A stretch of 63,678 nt of DNA, the filler included, from Phoronis australis (Eukaryota > Animalia > Phoronida): NCBI GenBank assembly GCA_002633005.1. It is 8 parts of 8 records of this genome, joined end to end, with 100 filler letters (N's around TTAATTAATTAA, not from the genome) between each part and the next. Parts side by side here need not be neighbours in the genome. Positions count along the whole stretch, not along the records: positions 22,657 to 27,407 come from NMRA01002497.1; positions 27,508 to 31,977 come from NMRA01002578.1; positions 32,078 to 57,637 come from NMRA01000412.1; 5 more parts are not named here. The stretch is one strand, 5' to 3'. The notes under the pieces were generated by a model. That model was not told where the DNA came from, did not search any database, and saw nothing but the letters and a program-made list of their open reading frames with translations. This document shows, in pieces, positions 23,377 to 36,519 of the stretch; positions within the stretch are counted from its first letter, which is position 1; each line of letters begins with the position of its first letter. The position numbers and the translations under genes were made by a program.

Positions 23377-26300
23377 TTCCCATTGTCATAAGCAGCTAAA
23401 GACGTAATGGGCCCTGACCCAGGAATGTTTACACTTGCAACACAGTCTACAATTATAATAAAAAGTTGTGTTATTACAATTCAGGGTATATTTACTTAAC
23501 AATAACTGTCAAATGCATCGCAGGACAATTGTTAACTCATAACCATCCAATGACATCATAATTTGTATACAATGTAACACGAGTGATATAAAATTTGCCT
23601 TTCAGTTGTTAGAAGTTGTCAGGTGGCACTTATCTTGACAATATACTTTGCTGCTAACATTCAATCTTTTATCGTTTCATGACTGTTGCTTGCACCAAAT
23701 GCATGTAGCAGTGGCTCATGGTTTCAATTCTGGTGCACTCATATGTTTTTTACCTAGTGTTTACGCATCACCCAGAGCTGCAACTGGATGTTTACGATCT
23801 GATAGCTAACCCACAATGCACTTGAGAACTAACAACTGAAATACCCCATATCCACATGCTCAACGTTCAATAGTACAACATGCCCCGCTAATGACCACAA
23901 AACAGGCACGCAGAGTTCAAACTTGATCACAAAGATTGTAAGCCTGAGGCTACACAGTGATGGAAAACGCGCAACCTTCAAGTACGGTAAAGTCTTGCAA
24001 TTTTCAGACATTCATTTTTAAAACTTGGTATCGGCGCCAGCATATACCGTGTAAACAAACAAACAAGTTTAAAATGACACGGCCTTTTACAATTTTTACA
24101 AACAACAACATGACTGTGAAGGTCATGAACTATGAACCCATGTACTTTTGTTTAGATCACTCACTACTACAAAATGAGGAAGCCATTTCTCGCCTTGCAA
24201 AGACTTGACTAATCGTTATTTGTTGAGCCCATGCTCGGACCCATAAAATGACACTGTGGTAAAGGCCATCCTGCAGAGCCTGATCTCAAACAAAAATGGA
24301 CTGTCATATCTTTGAAAATTCTCAAAACATTCCAACTTGAATAACAAAAAGTTTAAGACCAATTTCAATGCAAGTGATCTAAATCGAGATGTTTTTTGTG
24401 CTGGAAGGCAGGTTTACAGCTTTAACTCACAGGTATCAGAAAAGGTTTCAATTTGTTCTCAATAATTATGTGCGACTCACGCACGCGTGTACCCATTTGC
24501 AACCATGAAAACAAAATGACATCACTATGCCGAAACATGCTCGAATTTGAAGACTGAGCTTGTGATAGATCTGTACACAATTCAAAGACAAAGGTCCTGC
24601 TAACCAAAGCAAGAAAAAGTCTCAAAATACTCGTACGTCTCGTAATGTTATCAGTGACTGCAAAGTTGACAGCAGGAACAGGCCCTGAAAGATTCCACAA
24701 TTTTGGTGTAACCTTCAATTCTCTGTGGCGTAAGAAAAACAAGTGAAGATCTATTTTTACAGCATGAAAAGGGAACACTTCTCTAACCAGAAGTTTCCCT
24801 GGCAGACGTAATTGAGAGGTACATCTCAACTATTTCAGACAAAATATTTTTTTTGCCATTTTGTGCTTCCTATAAGGGAACGAGAAATGGACTGGTGACC
24901 AGTCGTCTATCGGTCAGAAAAATAACCAGCAGGTCAGCTAGTTTTTAAGCACACCGGCAGAAGAACAAACAGCTGATTGCAGGTTCTACATCAATGCACG
25001 CTACTGAATATTACCTTGATTCACAATAACTTGAATGTAATAGTTAAAGAAATGTTGCTATATGGCATAAGGATGAATTGAAATACTCCTCCACATGCGT
25101 TCATCATTTCCAGCATGCCCTGGATTCACGACCCAAATAGCAACCACACAGAGGATTGAACTAACAAATCCCAGCACAATGTTACTTGCCTGGTCAAAGC
25201 GGTTGGACAACTAGAAAACAACTCGCTGCTGACCGATCGCACAAAAATTTGCCACCTGCATAGTAAATTGGAGACATTTTACTGAATTTACATATTAACC
25301 TAATACCACACATACCTCTGCTATTCTGGTCCCACACTTTCACACTACCATCGTTAGAGCTCGACGCGATAAGGTTGGTGCCCACTGCGGCTGGCAGGAA
25401 CATGCACGAGTTGACAGTCTCACCGTGACCTCTGAACTCGCATACAGGCTGTGTGGTTCTCAGATCCCATAACTGCAAAGTTGTTTTCAATTACTGTTAT
25501 AAAGTCATGATAAATAAACGAGCAAAAATTAGAATGCAACGACAAGATTCTACATTGTTCATCCGCACACAATGAATGGAAGTATTAGTTGCGCTTAAAA
25601 CTGGATGTTTCAGTAAAATTGGCCAACAATTTGGAAAACAGCAATGAAGCTTCATTGCTTACTCATTGCTCAGAGAGATTTGGTAGGTAGGTCGATATGA
25701 TTAATGAATATGCTCTGTACGTTTCATGATCTTGATTTCTGCGAACTGAGCTGTGCCACCATGTGGAACATTTTTTGAGTAAGATCAGAAGCAAGTTTGG
25801 TATAAATGCTCGAGAACACACTCAGTCAGTACAACATTAACACATTGGCTATCAAAGCCACTCTGATACACAAGGCAGTAAGAGCCATTGTGGCTAAGAT
25901 TACATGTTACAGCATATTAAACTTGACACAACATACTCACAGTCAGTTCACAGCCTTGTCCACCAAACCCATTACTACATGTAAGGCAATAAACACCGTC
26001 ACGACTCAGGTCACAGCAAGTCTGTATGTACTGCTTTCTCGGGAAGCTTTGAACAACTTTCAGACTTCTTGCATCCCATATTCTGTAAAATTCAGATGAC
26101 AATCACATTGCATTGAGTCACTTATTAGACCTGAAAGATATCACTTAACACGTTCTACACAGACCCCGACCTCCTGACAAAGATATCACTTAACACGTTC
26201 TACACAGACCCCGACCTCACGACAAAGATATCACTTAACATGTTCTACACAGACCCCAACCTCACGACAAAGATATCACTTAACATGTTCTACACAGACA

Positions 26301-27296
26301 CCGACCTCACGACAAAGTCTTACAACTCATTTCCAATTCTTTTCAGTTCATGCCTCCCACCATCGTTCTCACACAACTGACCCTAATTGACCCACCATGA
26401 CATTATTCAGTTGATATCTTTTTGAAGATATCAAAGTACAATGGATTTTATACCCTATGTAATACAAAGGGTCACATGGACATAATGTATATCATTAATT
26501 ACTGTACATCAGGGCCCAGTTGCATAAAAGTTATGCGCCGTATAGCAAAAATGACGTCGCATTATCACGCGTCACGTTGTTATTGTGGAACAATGCACTT
26601 GACGTCATGCAACAATCTAACTTATCCAGCGCATAACTTTTGAAGCTTTATGCAACTCAGCCCAGATATAAAAACTCCATGACATAGATTTAAGGTTATG
26701 TGGGACCCTAGAAGAATGCTCAAATTTGGCAAATTTAAGAGCTATATCTTAGAAATAGTTGATTGGATTCATTTGAAACATTCAGATACTATGCTTTTTG
26801 TATAGCTCACCAAAATTTAATAGAAATTCTTTTAAAATGATTCGCTTTTTCATGAGGGGCTATCAAAAATAAGACTTGTGATTTTTCAAAAAACAGTCAG
26901 AAAGATGCATGAACTCTTGAAAACAACATAATCTAGAAAACTGTAACAGCGTTGTTGAGATTTAATCATTGAATTTGGCCACACTATTGATACCATCATT
27001 TTGCTACCGTACATGACAAATTAACATCAAAATGGTACAAAACCAAAAATCAAATTCTACATGCTTTCTACTTTCAGATACATTAACTGAAAAGTTAAAA
27101 TAGTTTTGTAGGTATTCACCTGAATACACACACTTGTCAATAAGGCCCTAAAATCCTTAACATGAATATTGTATAATAATTGGTATAAATTTGAAAATGA
27201 ATTCAAGGTAAATTGAGACAAAACTTACCTAACCTCTTTATCTTCACTGGTCTGAGCAATGATGTCAGAAGTAGCTGACCATTTGACATGAGTGAC
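23377..27296 (-). CDS. WDR31: WD repeat-containing protein 31, partial (4 internal exons)
   Basis: Exons 27229-27296 (VTHVKWSATSDIIAQTSEDKEVR), 25941-26082 (IWDARSL...KQYIQTCC...CSNGFGGQGCELT), 25316-25472 (LWDLRTT...RGHGETVNSCMFLP...SSNDGSVKVWDQ) and 23377-23446 (DCVASVNIPGSGPITSLAAYDNG). Phases are consistent and the peptides match recalled human WDR31 motifs (QTSEDK, SNGFGGEGCEATLWDLR, GSGPLTSLA). The 5' exons and last exon were not found. Confidence 0.88.
26134..26317. repeat. 45-bp minisatellite, 4 copies, in WDR31 intron
   Basis: aaagatatcacttaacacgttctacacagaccccgacctc(c/a)(t/c)gac at 26134, 26179, 26224 and 26269. Confidence 0.92.
26512..26663. mobile_element. Short PIF/Harbinger-like MITE
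   Basis: TIRs gggcccagttgcataaa and tttatgcaactcagccc; a second partial copy lies at 57311-57435. Confidence 0.7.
26694..27156 (+). mobile_element. Non-autonomous TTAA-flanked element (Kolobok-like)
   Basis: ttaa|ggttatgtgggaccc ... ggccctaaaatcc|ttaa with weak TIRs; homologous to 1470-2990. Confidence 0.45.
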
Positions 27297-27752
27297 CTGC
27301 AGAAAAACCAGAAAAAATGCTAAACACCTGACGACAGCTACCTGCAGAAAAGCCCACATAGCACATAGCACCTAGCTAAGTGTGGCATCCAATACAACTT
27401 AACTTATNNNNNNNNNNNNNNNNNNNNNNNNNNNNNNNNNNNNNNNNNNNNTTAATTAATTAANNNNNNNNNNNNNNNNNNNNNNNNNNNNNNNNNNNNN
27501 NNNNNNNTAATTTCACGCTTCCAGTAGCTTTAAAAACAAGACCACGTTGAACATGCCATCCAACTCACGATTTAAGGGTACAAAAAATTACCAGTTTCTT
27601 ATTCATACAGTCAACCGGTTCACAAGAAAGACCTTCACCCCACGGTGTGAAGTGAAGGACTAGAAAAAAAGGACTGATGCTGAGCTTGCTGATCATGCCA
27701 CAAAACAGAACAAAACAAAACACAAAAAAGACAAACAATTAGTTAAAATTAC

Positions 27753-30076
27753 CAAAACTGAATTATACGCTTCAGCGATTGTTCTTTCAATATCGAGATA
27801 ATCTTGCTGGATTTCACGAAGTCTCGCATCTGATAACTCGTTTGTTCGCATGGCTAAATCGATCTCCGAGTCACAAGACTGGTCATGGCAAGACACAGAC
27901 ATCGTGGAGCAGTTGTCAGAAATTTCCTCGTAGATATGGTCAGAGAGGACGTGGACATAGTTCTCCTCTCTACCACCAGGGATATCATCATTGCCAACAG
28001 GAGGCAGCGCGGTTAGAGGTTGATAGTCAGCAGTACAAAATGAGTAAGTCAACGCCCGGACAGGAATATGAGTGGTAACATCTTCTTCCTGTTTTTCAGA
28101 GTCCTTTTCTCCAGTTTGGATAATTGTTTCTGTTTCAAAATCCCTTTCTTGATCTCCAGAGCAATAATAGTTTTTAGATACCGCTGCTCGTGAGCATGAT
28201 TTACCTCGAAATCTATCCCAGAATCTCGCAATACTTGACAACCGTTTGCCCATAAACGCAAAGGATTTAGGGACACCTCTGCAAGCCATGATTTCACCAG
28301 GTGATTCCAACTCATGTGAACACGACCATAGTGAGGTAGAGGCAATAACAGCCCCCGCTGTGCCGTAACTATGGCAACTGTTGTTGTTACGCAAACCATG
28401 CCAATTTATAGTCTGTTTGGACAAATCAAACAAAAGAAGTGGAAGAAAGAGTGTGGAAAAGTTGTAAGAATTTATCAACAGAAATGTAGCACACAGAAAC
28501 TAAATGATAATCTTGCAAATGCAACAGTAGATAATATTAATGTTTCAAAAATACACACCTTAATAAATCTGTATTAAGTAAAATATTCTAAAAATGAGGC
28601 CCACATAAATTTGCGTTGTGCCCATTGGGACGCAGTGTCAAACTATACGTAACTCAACCGTAAATCTAACACACTACAGGCATGAATTATTCTTTAATGT
28701 TTTCAGCTTCCAAACAAAAGAGGATTTGGTTGATTCCAATTATTTTTCCAAATGTGTCCAAAACGTTTTACCTTGAGATCTAACGGTGGTCGTTTGTTGT
28801 CCTTGGCAACTGAGGTGTTTGTCACAACTGAGGTACCATTAGGTGTGTGACGGCCAGGTGTGCTAGGCACGGATGATGCAGGTGCCGAGTCATCAACATC
28901 GTCATCATCTTTCCTGCGTCGACGACGTGACCTTCTGTCATCTAAAGCAAAGTTTCATTAAGACTATGACCTATTATGTCGAACCTCACAAGCAATTTTT
29001 TTCCACACCAAGTGAAGAGAAGTTTACCATGAAGGTCCGTTGGAAGATAAAGACTATTAAGGGGTTACAGGCATATTNNNNNNNNNNNNNNNNNNNNNNN
29101 NNNNNNNNNNNNNNNNNNNNNNNNNNNNNNNNNNNNNNNNNNNNNNNNNNNNNNNNNNNNNNNNNNNNNNNNNNNNNNNNNNNNNNNNNNNNNNNNNNNN
29201 NNNNNNNNNNNNNNNNNNNNNNNNNNNNNNNNNNNNNNNNNNNNNNNNNNNNNNNNNNNNNNNNNNNNNNNNNNNNNNNNNNNNNNNNNNNNNNNNNNNN
29301 NNNNNNNNNNNNNNNNNNNNNNNNNNNNNNNNNNNNNNNNNNNNNNNNNNNNNNNNNNNNNNNNNNNNNNNNNNNNNNNNNNNNNNNNNNNNNNNNNNNN
29401 NNNNNNNNNNNNNNNNNNNNNNNNNNNNNNNNNNNNNNNNNNNNNNNNNNNNNNNNNNNNNNNNNNNNNNNNNNNNNNNNNNNNNNNNNNNNNNNNNNNN
29501 NNNNNNNNNNNNNNNNNNNNNNNNNNNNNNNNNNNNNNNNNNNNNNNNNNNNNNNNNNNNNNNNNNNNNNNNNNNNNNNNNNNNNNNNNNNNNNNNNNNN
29601 NNNNNNNNNNNNNNNNNNNNNNNNNNNNNNNNNNNNNNNNNNNNNNNNNNNNNNNNNNNNNNNNNNNNNNNNNNNNNNNNNNNNNNNNNNNNNNNNNNNN
29701 NNNNNNNNNNNNNNNNNNNNNNNNNNNNNNNNNNNNNNNNNNNNNNNNNNNNNNNNNNNNNNNNNNNNNNNNNNNNNNNNNNNNNNNNNNNNNNNNNNNN
29801 NNNNNNNNNNNNNNNNNNNNNNNNNNNNNNNNNNNNNNNNNNNNNNNNNNNNNNNNNNNNNNNNNNNNNNNNNNNNNNNNNNNNNNNNNNNNNNNNNNNN
29901 NNNNNNNNNNNNNNNNNNNNNNNNNNNNNNNNNNNNNNNNNNNNNNNNNNNNNNNNNNNNNNNNNNNNNNNNNNNNNNNNNNNNNNNNNNNNNNNNNNNN
30001 NNNNNNNNNNNNNNNNNNNNNNNNNNCGGTCAATGCGAGCAGAGTTACGACTAGAACTTCTTGACCCAGGAGCCAT
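27753..30076 (-). CDS. Unidentified multi-exon protein-coding gene (low-complexity N-terminus), partial
   Basis: Exon from 30141 into the gap (..MAPGSRSSSRNSARIDR, ATG at 30076). Exon 28772-28941 (DRRSRRRRRKDDDDVDDSAPASSVPSTPGRHTPNG...KRPPLDLK, phase-0 donor). Exon 27753-28412 (660 nt open, phase 0/0, with DHIYEEI and a coiled-coil-like end). Splice sites are canonical. Confidence 0.55.
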
Positions 30077-32152
30077 GTCGAGTCTGGAGGACTCCAACTG
30101 TGCTACGGAGCCTGCTCGCGATCCCTCACGATCAGCATTTTCTGAATACCAAAAATATGGATAAAGATGAATACAAACCTCCATTGATTTTAATTTTAAT
30201 TTAATTTAATTTAATTTAGAGCACAGATAAAATGAATTCAGATAAAACAAGAAGAAATTACTATTCAACTAAAACAGTCAAAACTTTTTAAAACGTTCAT
30301 GAATTGTTAAATATGCAGGGATCATTTTAGGAGCGCACAACGCATCATGACCAGTGTACTGTGACTGCTTAACTCAGACCAACAGGACAATAAAACTGGA
30401 AGCGAGAAAAAGACAAAAACTAACACAGCCGAATAATCCTCCAAACTGGAGGCCGTCTGGGCCAGGTCATGCACACCCACAACTAATCTAATTTGATCCC
30501 TGAAAATTCAAATTCAAAAGTTATTGTTAGCCTATTATCCCATCGGTCCATAATCTACATTGTGCAACAGTTGCTTTCTTGTTCTGCTTTCAACCATAAC
30601 CTAAAACTAAATAATCACTAAATGAATTGTTCACTTTTGATGAAAACCAAATTTGACTGTTTAGCTATTAAATACATTACATCCTTTTATCTCTAACATT
30701 AATCAAGAGAAATACTGAAGACTATATATCACTCAATTTTTTAAAATGAATCACAGGCACTGGACGATCCAAAAACTATTAATCATGACTACTTTTCCAA
30801 ATGGTATTAGAACAGTAAGACCTTCAATAGCAAGCAGACCATTAATGAAAATCATTAGAGCGATCATTTAATGTGGGGAAAATTCAATCAAGATATATGA
30901 AAACACCTAACTCTATAGAAAAAGGTTCCATTAAGTTTTCAAGATCTCAATGACACATAACCATAAGCTCTACTTTACAATTGCATGTACAGACTCGTTA
31001 AGTGTAACCTAACAAAAACACACACACGCAGGTGCACTTGCAAAACATATGGCTTACAATTCTCGCAATATTTCCAATAATCCTATCGCAAACCACTTAA
31101 CAGTGAAAAGAAGACTAGCCATGAGCTTTTGATTATACACTGAAGATTCGAAATTATACTTATGGTGTATATACATCAACTGAGACCAATATCAAAGTTG
31201 ACTAAATTTTCATTTCTCAATTTTTTCTATGCCTAACTACAATGCTGCATGTGCTCAACCATATAATGATTGCAGCAGTGACTTTTCCTTATAAGATGTA
31301 TTTGCGGGCTCCAAACTATTTTGAAGTATAATAGCAGAAACTAAACGACAATGTTATTTGAACGCCATCTACGCTAGACAAAGTCCAGTTGCATTCATTG
31401 ACAACTTGTAAATGTGGCAACAAAAAAAATCTGCAAACAGGTGACATTTGCGCTAATGCCGTACCGTGGGGTCTCATATGCCCCGCAGTGTTATTCCCCA
31501 ACACCGCGTCAGGATACATACTTGACACAGTTGAATGATTAAGGGCGGATCATTCTTAAAAACATTTGATAATTTTCAGTATACTTCATATTTGTATCAT
31601 CGCTATATGTTGTGTTTTGTAATTTGACCAATCAATCACAGAGGCAAGGAATTAGCGTGCAAGTTCCACTTTTATTCATTTCCATTTGATAGGTTCTTAA
31701 GATACAGTAACTTTAACATGCCAGGTGTTGTGTGCATAGCCTACCAAACAATTACAGAGTGAGGTCCCACAGAAAAATCTTGCCAACAAAATTGCCAAAA
31801 ATGTCCTGTTTATTTTTTACAAGTTTCAAACATTGTCGCAAATACCAACATTTTATCGCAAATTTCTTTAATGGTAGCTGTCGCAAAGACATGAACATAA
31901 AAAAGCATTTGATTTGGCGCTACATGTCATTCACAGAAAATGATAAAGTTTAACTCGTTGGTCATGCAGTGCAATTANNNNNNNNNNNNNNNNNNNNNNN
32001 NNNNNNNNNNNNNNNNNNNNNTTAATTAATTAANNNNNNNNNNNNNNNNNNNNNNNNNNNNNNNNNNNNNNNNNNNNCTGAGAATGAAAGACCAATAAGA
32101 CAAAATGTCGGATGACAAAATACAAGTACTGTGACTTGAATAGAAAACTTAC

Positions 32153-32240
32153 CTTAAGATTTCTCTGGAATGCAGCACTGTAGTATCTGTTTATCAGTGA
32201 GGTAGTCCGACGACGTGACTATTGTTGCCGGCTTTTATAG
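32153..32240 (-). promoter_or_regulatory. TATA box and non-coding first exon (minus strand)
   Basis: TATAAAAG at 32239-32232; an ATG-free exon of about 65 nt ends at a strong donor AAG|GTAAGT at 32153. Confidence 0.55.
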
Positions 32241-33759
32241 ACTGCCCATCTCGAAACGCCTTGAACGTTTACGTAATTTTTTTTTACATGCGTGTCTCAT
32301 TTCAATTTCGTCCTTTTGAGGAGGTTCATATCAAAGAAAAAATGGATGAAGTTCAAATAATGAGAATACACTGGTATATGGTGGTGCCCTTTAGCTATGA
32401 CACTTTGATGTGCGTGGTAGTAGTTAAATCTCCGTTTAATTGGGTACATGTAGGTCTAAATTGTCAATTTGGATGCTTAGGCCTACTGCGAACAGGAAAG
32501 GCTGTGAACTCCTGGCAGTAGTAGAGTGTGTGACATGAGGAACACTGATTAAACGTTTAGATTCCTGTCTTAGAGTAGCTAATTAACCATACTTCAACCA
32601 GAATTTAGTTTTGAACTTTTAAAAGTAAGGTAGGCCGAAGCACAAATCGGCTTCAGTTTCCGGGCGCAATGCGTTGGTAGTTTCTTTCTATGAAACGCGT
32701 GTATTTTATTCGTTCGTAGTGAAGTGCACGTGTGGATATGGCTATAGTCCCGGAAACATCGCTCGCGTCACGTCAGTCCGGAAATCGATAATAGAACACG
32801 CTCAAATTATTGTTGCATCGTCTACTTTTATGCCTATTGTACATGTACATGTACACACATGTATGGGAAACCTTGTGCTGCCTTAGTGTGGTACCCGGTA
32901 CGTTGAAAACACTAAACATGTGGATTGGTTTTGCACTGCTTTCCATAGGCTAAGCAGCAAGCAATTCGGATGGAAGTCTCTCAATTTCCTTAAAAGAACA
33001 GAGCCGCGCCGGCACTCCTCATGTCCATTGTATGAATCAACTGAATGTTGAGAAGTCCGAGAAAACTGCGGTCGCAATATCTGGCGATTACGATTGAAAA
33101 CGTGCAAAATATTATTGTGTTTTATTTAAGGGGACGTTCTGGTTTTACGGCAGAAAAAATGCACTTTTGTGATAATGAGATATACATTTGAAGTCATTAG
33201 CTTTGGCCGGAGCTACTAAATAATAACATCCCTCGTGTTTTGTAATTTTATTACTAAATCACCAATTCTCGGCGTTGTCTGTCAGACATCCGATGAGTTT
33301 GCTCAAAAGTAATTCTGACCAAAAATCTGTCATTTATGCCCAGAAGAGAACATTGCGAGTATTCTTATACGCATCACACATCACAATAGCTAAAAAGCGA
33401 TAAAGTTGGTCCGAGGCAAACATAGTATGTACGACAGGTCGCATGATTTCGCTACGAAAACCCCGTTAGTGGACTTTAAAAGGTGGGAGAAATAAAAGAT
33501 TATTCCGTGCGGTCCGCAATTTAACTCCTGTTGTATGGGCGCACCCAGGGGGGAGGGCTCGGGAAGCTCATTCGAGCCTCCCTATTTGGCGTCGTGCGCA
33601 AAAATGTCCGTCGTGGCGAAACAAAATGTCCGAGTAAACCAGACAAAAGTCTACAACGTCCACAGAAATTCTGCGCGGATGTACAAATCGTAAGCCTGAA
33701 CCGATTGGCCCCGTTTTTTTAGTACTCGTTGATTTTTGCCAGTAAAAGGTGATCATATA

Positions 33760-35400
33760 CCGGTTTGGTAGCTTTCAGGTTATTGGTGATGAACATATGA
33801 CTTCGAAAACCGTAGTTCATCTTGGCACAACTTTTCTGATATTGTGAAGGGGGTAAGTGAGTTTGGGGCACTCCTGGGCCCTTACTAAGGCCAAGAAAAG
33901 TATGATACCTACATTTGTAGACCGGGGAGACAAGGGGCTATTAGATGCACAAAGAATTTTTAAAATCGAAGACAAAAAGGTTTTCGACCAAAAAAACCTA
34001 GGCCCATATATAGTCCAGGGGTTTTTGGGGGCCTAAAAATTTTTTGTCTCCAATTACAAAAATTATTTCCCAGATGGACGAGGAACGCCGAGAAACTAAG
34101 GCCTACCAAGTTTGAGTTCGATTGGATCATTAATGAGGTCACACGGCAAGATCAAATTTGAAAGACGTCATTTTGAGACCTTCTTCCCGCCTAAAATTTT
34201 TTTGACAACGATTTCAAAACTTCTTTCATCGTTGAATAGCCTTTTACTTACTGACTCCGAAAACGTAAGTCGCCACTTCTGGTGAGCCCTAATAAGGTCA
34301 CGGCAGACGACTAAATTTGGAAAATTGGGGGGTAGTCTGTGACGTTGACCGTAAACCTTGACCCCGCAGGAGACAGGGACCTAAAATAAGACGCATTTGA
34401 AAACTTGCCCTTAACCTTGCTTTGAAAATGTCCCGGTTTTTGTAGCTTTCAGGTTATTGGTGATGAACATATGACTTCGAAAAACCGTAGTTCATCTTGG
34501 CACAACTTTTTTGATATTGTGAAGGGGGTATATGAGTTTGGGGCATTCCTAGACCCTTACTAACGCCAAGAANGAAGGGGGTATGTGAGTTTGGGGCACT
34601 CCTGGGCCCTTACTAAGGCCAAGAAAAGTATGATACCTACATTTGTAGACCGGGAAGACAAGGGGCTATTAGATGCACAAAGAATTTTTAAAATCGAAGA
34701 CAAAAAGGTTTTCGACCAAAAAAACCTAGGCCTATAGTCCAGGGGTTTTTGGGGGCCGAAAATTTTTTGTCTCCAATTACAAAAATTATTTCCCAGATGG
34801 ACGAGGAATGCCGAGAAACTAAGGCCTACCAAGTGTGAGTTCGATTGGATCATTAATGAGGTCACACGGCAAGATCAAAGTTGAAAGACGTCATTTTGAG
34901 ACCTTCTTCCCGCCTAAAATTATTTTGACAACGATTTCAAAACTTCTTTCATCGTTGGATAGCCTTTTACTTACTGACTCCAAAAACGTAAGTCGCCACT
35001 TCTGGTGAGCCCTAATAAGTTCACGGCAGAGGACTAAATTTGGAAAATTGGGGGGGTAGTCTTTGACGCTGACCTTAAAACTTGACCCCGCAGGAGACAG
35101 GGACCTACAAATAAGACGCATTTGAAAACTTGCCCTTAACCTTGCTTTGAAAATGTCCCAGTTTGGTAGCTTTCAGGTTATTGGTGATGAACATATGACT
35201 TCGAAAAACCGTAGTTCATCTTGGCACATCTTTTCTGATATTGTGAAGGGGGTATGTGAGTTTGGGGCACTCCTAGGACCTTACTAAGGCCAAGAAAAGT
35301 ATGATACCTACATTTGTAGGGGGGGAGACAAAGGGTTTTAGATGCACAAAGAATTTTTAAAATCGAAGACAAAAAGGTTTTCGTCCAAAAAAAACCTAAG
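33760..35400. repeat. About 670-bp tandem macrosatellite (about 2.4 copies)
   Basis: Unit start ccggtttggtagctttcaggttattgg at 33760, 34433 and 35158; copies are highly similar. Confidence 0.9.
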
Positions 35401-35401
35401 T

Positions 35402-35991
35402 CGACTTTCAACGGTTGGGTTTTCGTCAATCGGCGGAAAACGCCGCACGACTTTGCCCTACCCCGATAATTCGAGAATTCTACGGAGATTACGCCTCCTC
35501 AATTCAAACGTCTATTGCCGGAAAAGTAATCGTTGAAAATCAAGGCCCCTCTGTTGCTAGGTCTTCTGGCCGTTCCTCAGTAGAGGAAAAGAAAAAAATT
35601 TGACTTTCAACGGTTGGGTTTTCGTCAATCGGCGCAAAACCCCGCACGACTTTGCCCTACCCCGAAAAACCCAGAATTTTACGGAGATTCCTCGTCCTCA
35701 ATTCAAACGTCTATTGCCGAAAAACTAACAGTTGAAAATCGATGCCCCTCCGTTCCTAGGTCCTCTGGCCCACTCTCCGTAGAGGAAAAGAAATCAATTT
35801 GTCTTTCAACAGTTGGGTTTTCGTCAATCGGCGCAAAACCCTGCACCACTTTGCCCTACCCCGAAAAACCGTGAATTTTACGGAGATTCCGCCTCCTCAA
35901 TTCAAACGTCTATTGCCGGAAAACTAACCCTTGAAAATGAATGCCCCTCCGTCCCTAGGTCTTCTGGCCATTCCTCAGTAGAGGAAAAGAA
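35402..35991. repeat. 199-bp tandem repeat, 3 copies
   Basis: gactttcaacggttgggttttcgtcaatcggcg at about 35403, 35602 and 35801. Confidence 0.9.
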
Positions 35992-36056
35992 TAGGGTTAG
36001 GGTTAGGGTTAGGGTTAGGGTTAGGGATAGGGTTAGGGTTAGGGTTATTGTTAGGG
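35992..36056 (+). repeat. Interstitial (TTAGGG)n tract
   Basis: About 10 mostly perfect TTAGGG units. Confidence 0.9.
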
Positions 36057-36057
36057 T

Positions 36058-36360
36058 CAAAATTACGTCTTTCAACTATGAATTTGCCGTGTGACCTCAT
36101 TAATGATCCGATCGAACTCAAACTTGGTAGGTCTTAGTTTCTCGGCATTCCTCGTCCATCTGGGAAAGAATTTTTGTAATTGGAGACAAAAAATTTTTCG
36201 GCCCCCAAAAACCCCTGGACTACAGGCCGACGTTTTTTTTGGTGGAACACCTTATTGTCTGCAAACGTACAAAAATTATTCCTGGGATCAAAATTTTAGA
36301 TATTTTCGGTGTAATGAACCTTCGGAGTAGTGAACCTTCAGAATAGTGGACTGTTGCCAT
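36058..36360 (-). repeat. Inverted partial copy of the 670-bp unit plus 16-bp-repeat terminus
   Basis: 36065-36245 is the reverse complement of about 33985-34168. 36310-36358 (gaaccttcggagtagtgaaccttcagaatagtggactgttgcc) is homologous to 53060-53175. Confidence 0.75.
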
Positions 36361-36519
36361 TTTCAGCGATATAAGCAACACGCAAAAATATGACCAGATA
36401 AAAATTTTGTCAAGTCATTCTCAGACTAAAAAAATCCGTCGAAGTATGTATTTAGCACGCTTGACTTGAAAGTTTGGCGGAGGGTAACGTGAGAACGTTC
36501 TTTCACACCTGACTTTGGC

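Noticed and set aside
26134-26317. CRISPR-like array (also 1-138 and 22416-22556)
   Set aside because: Units are head-to-tail with no unique spacers, in a eukaryotic context with no cas genes.
35992-36056. True telomere or chromosome fusion scar
   Set aside because: The tract is short, in one orientation only, and embedded in a dispersed repeat family.
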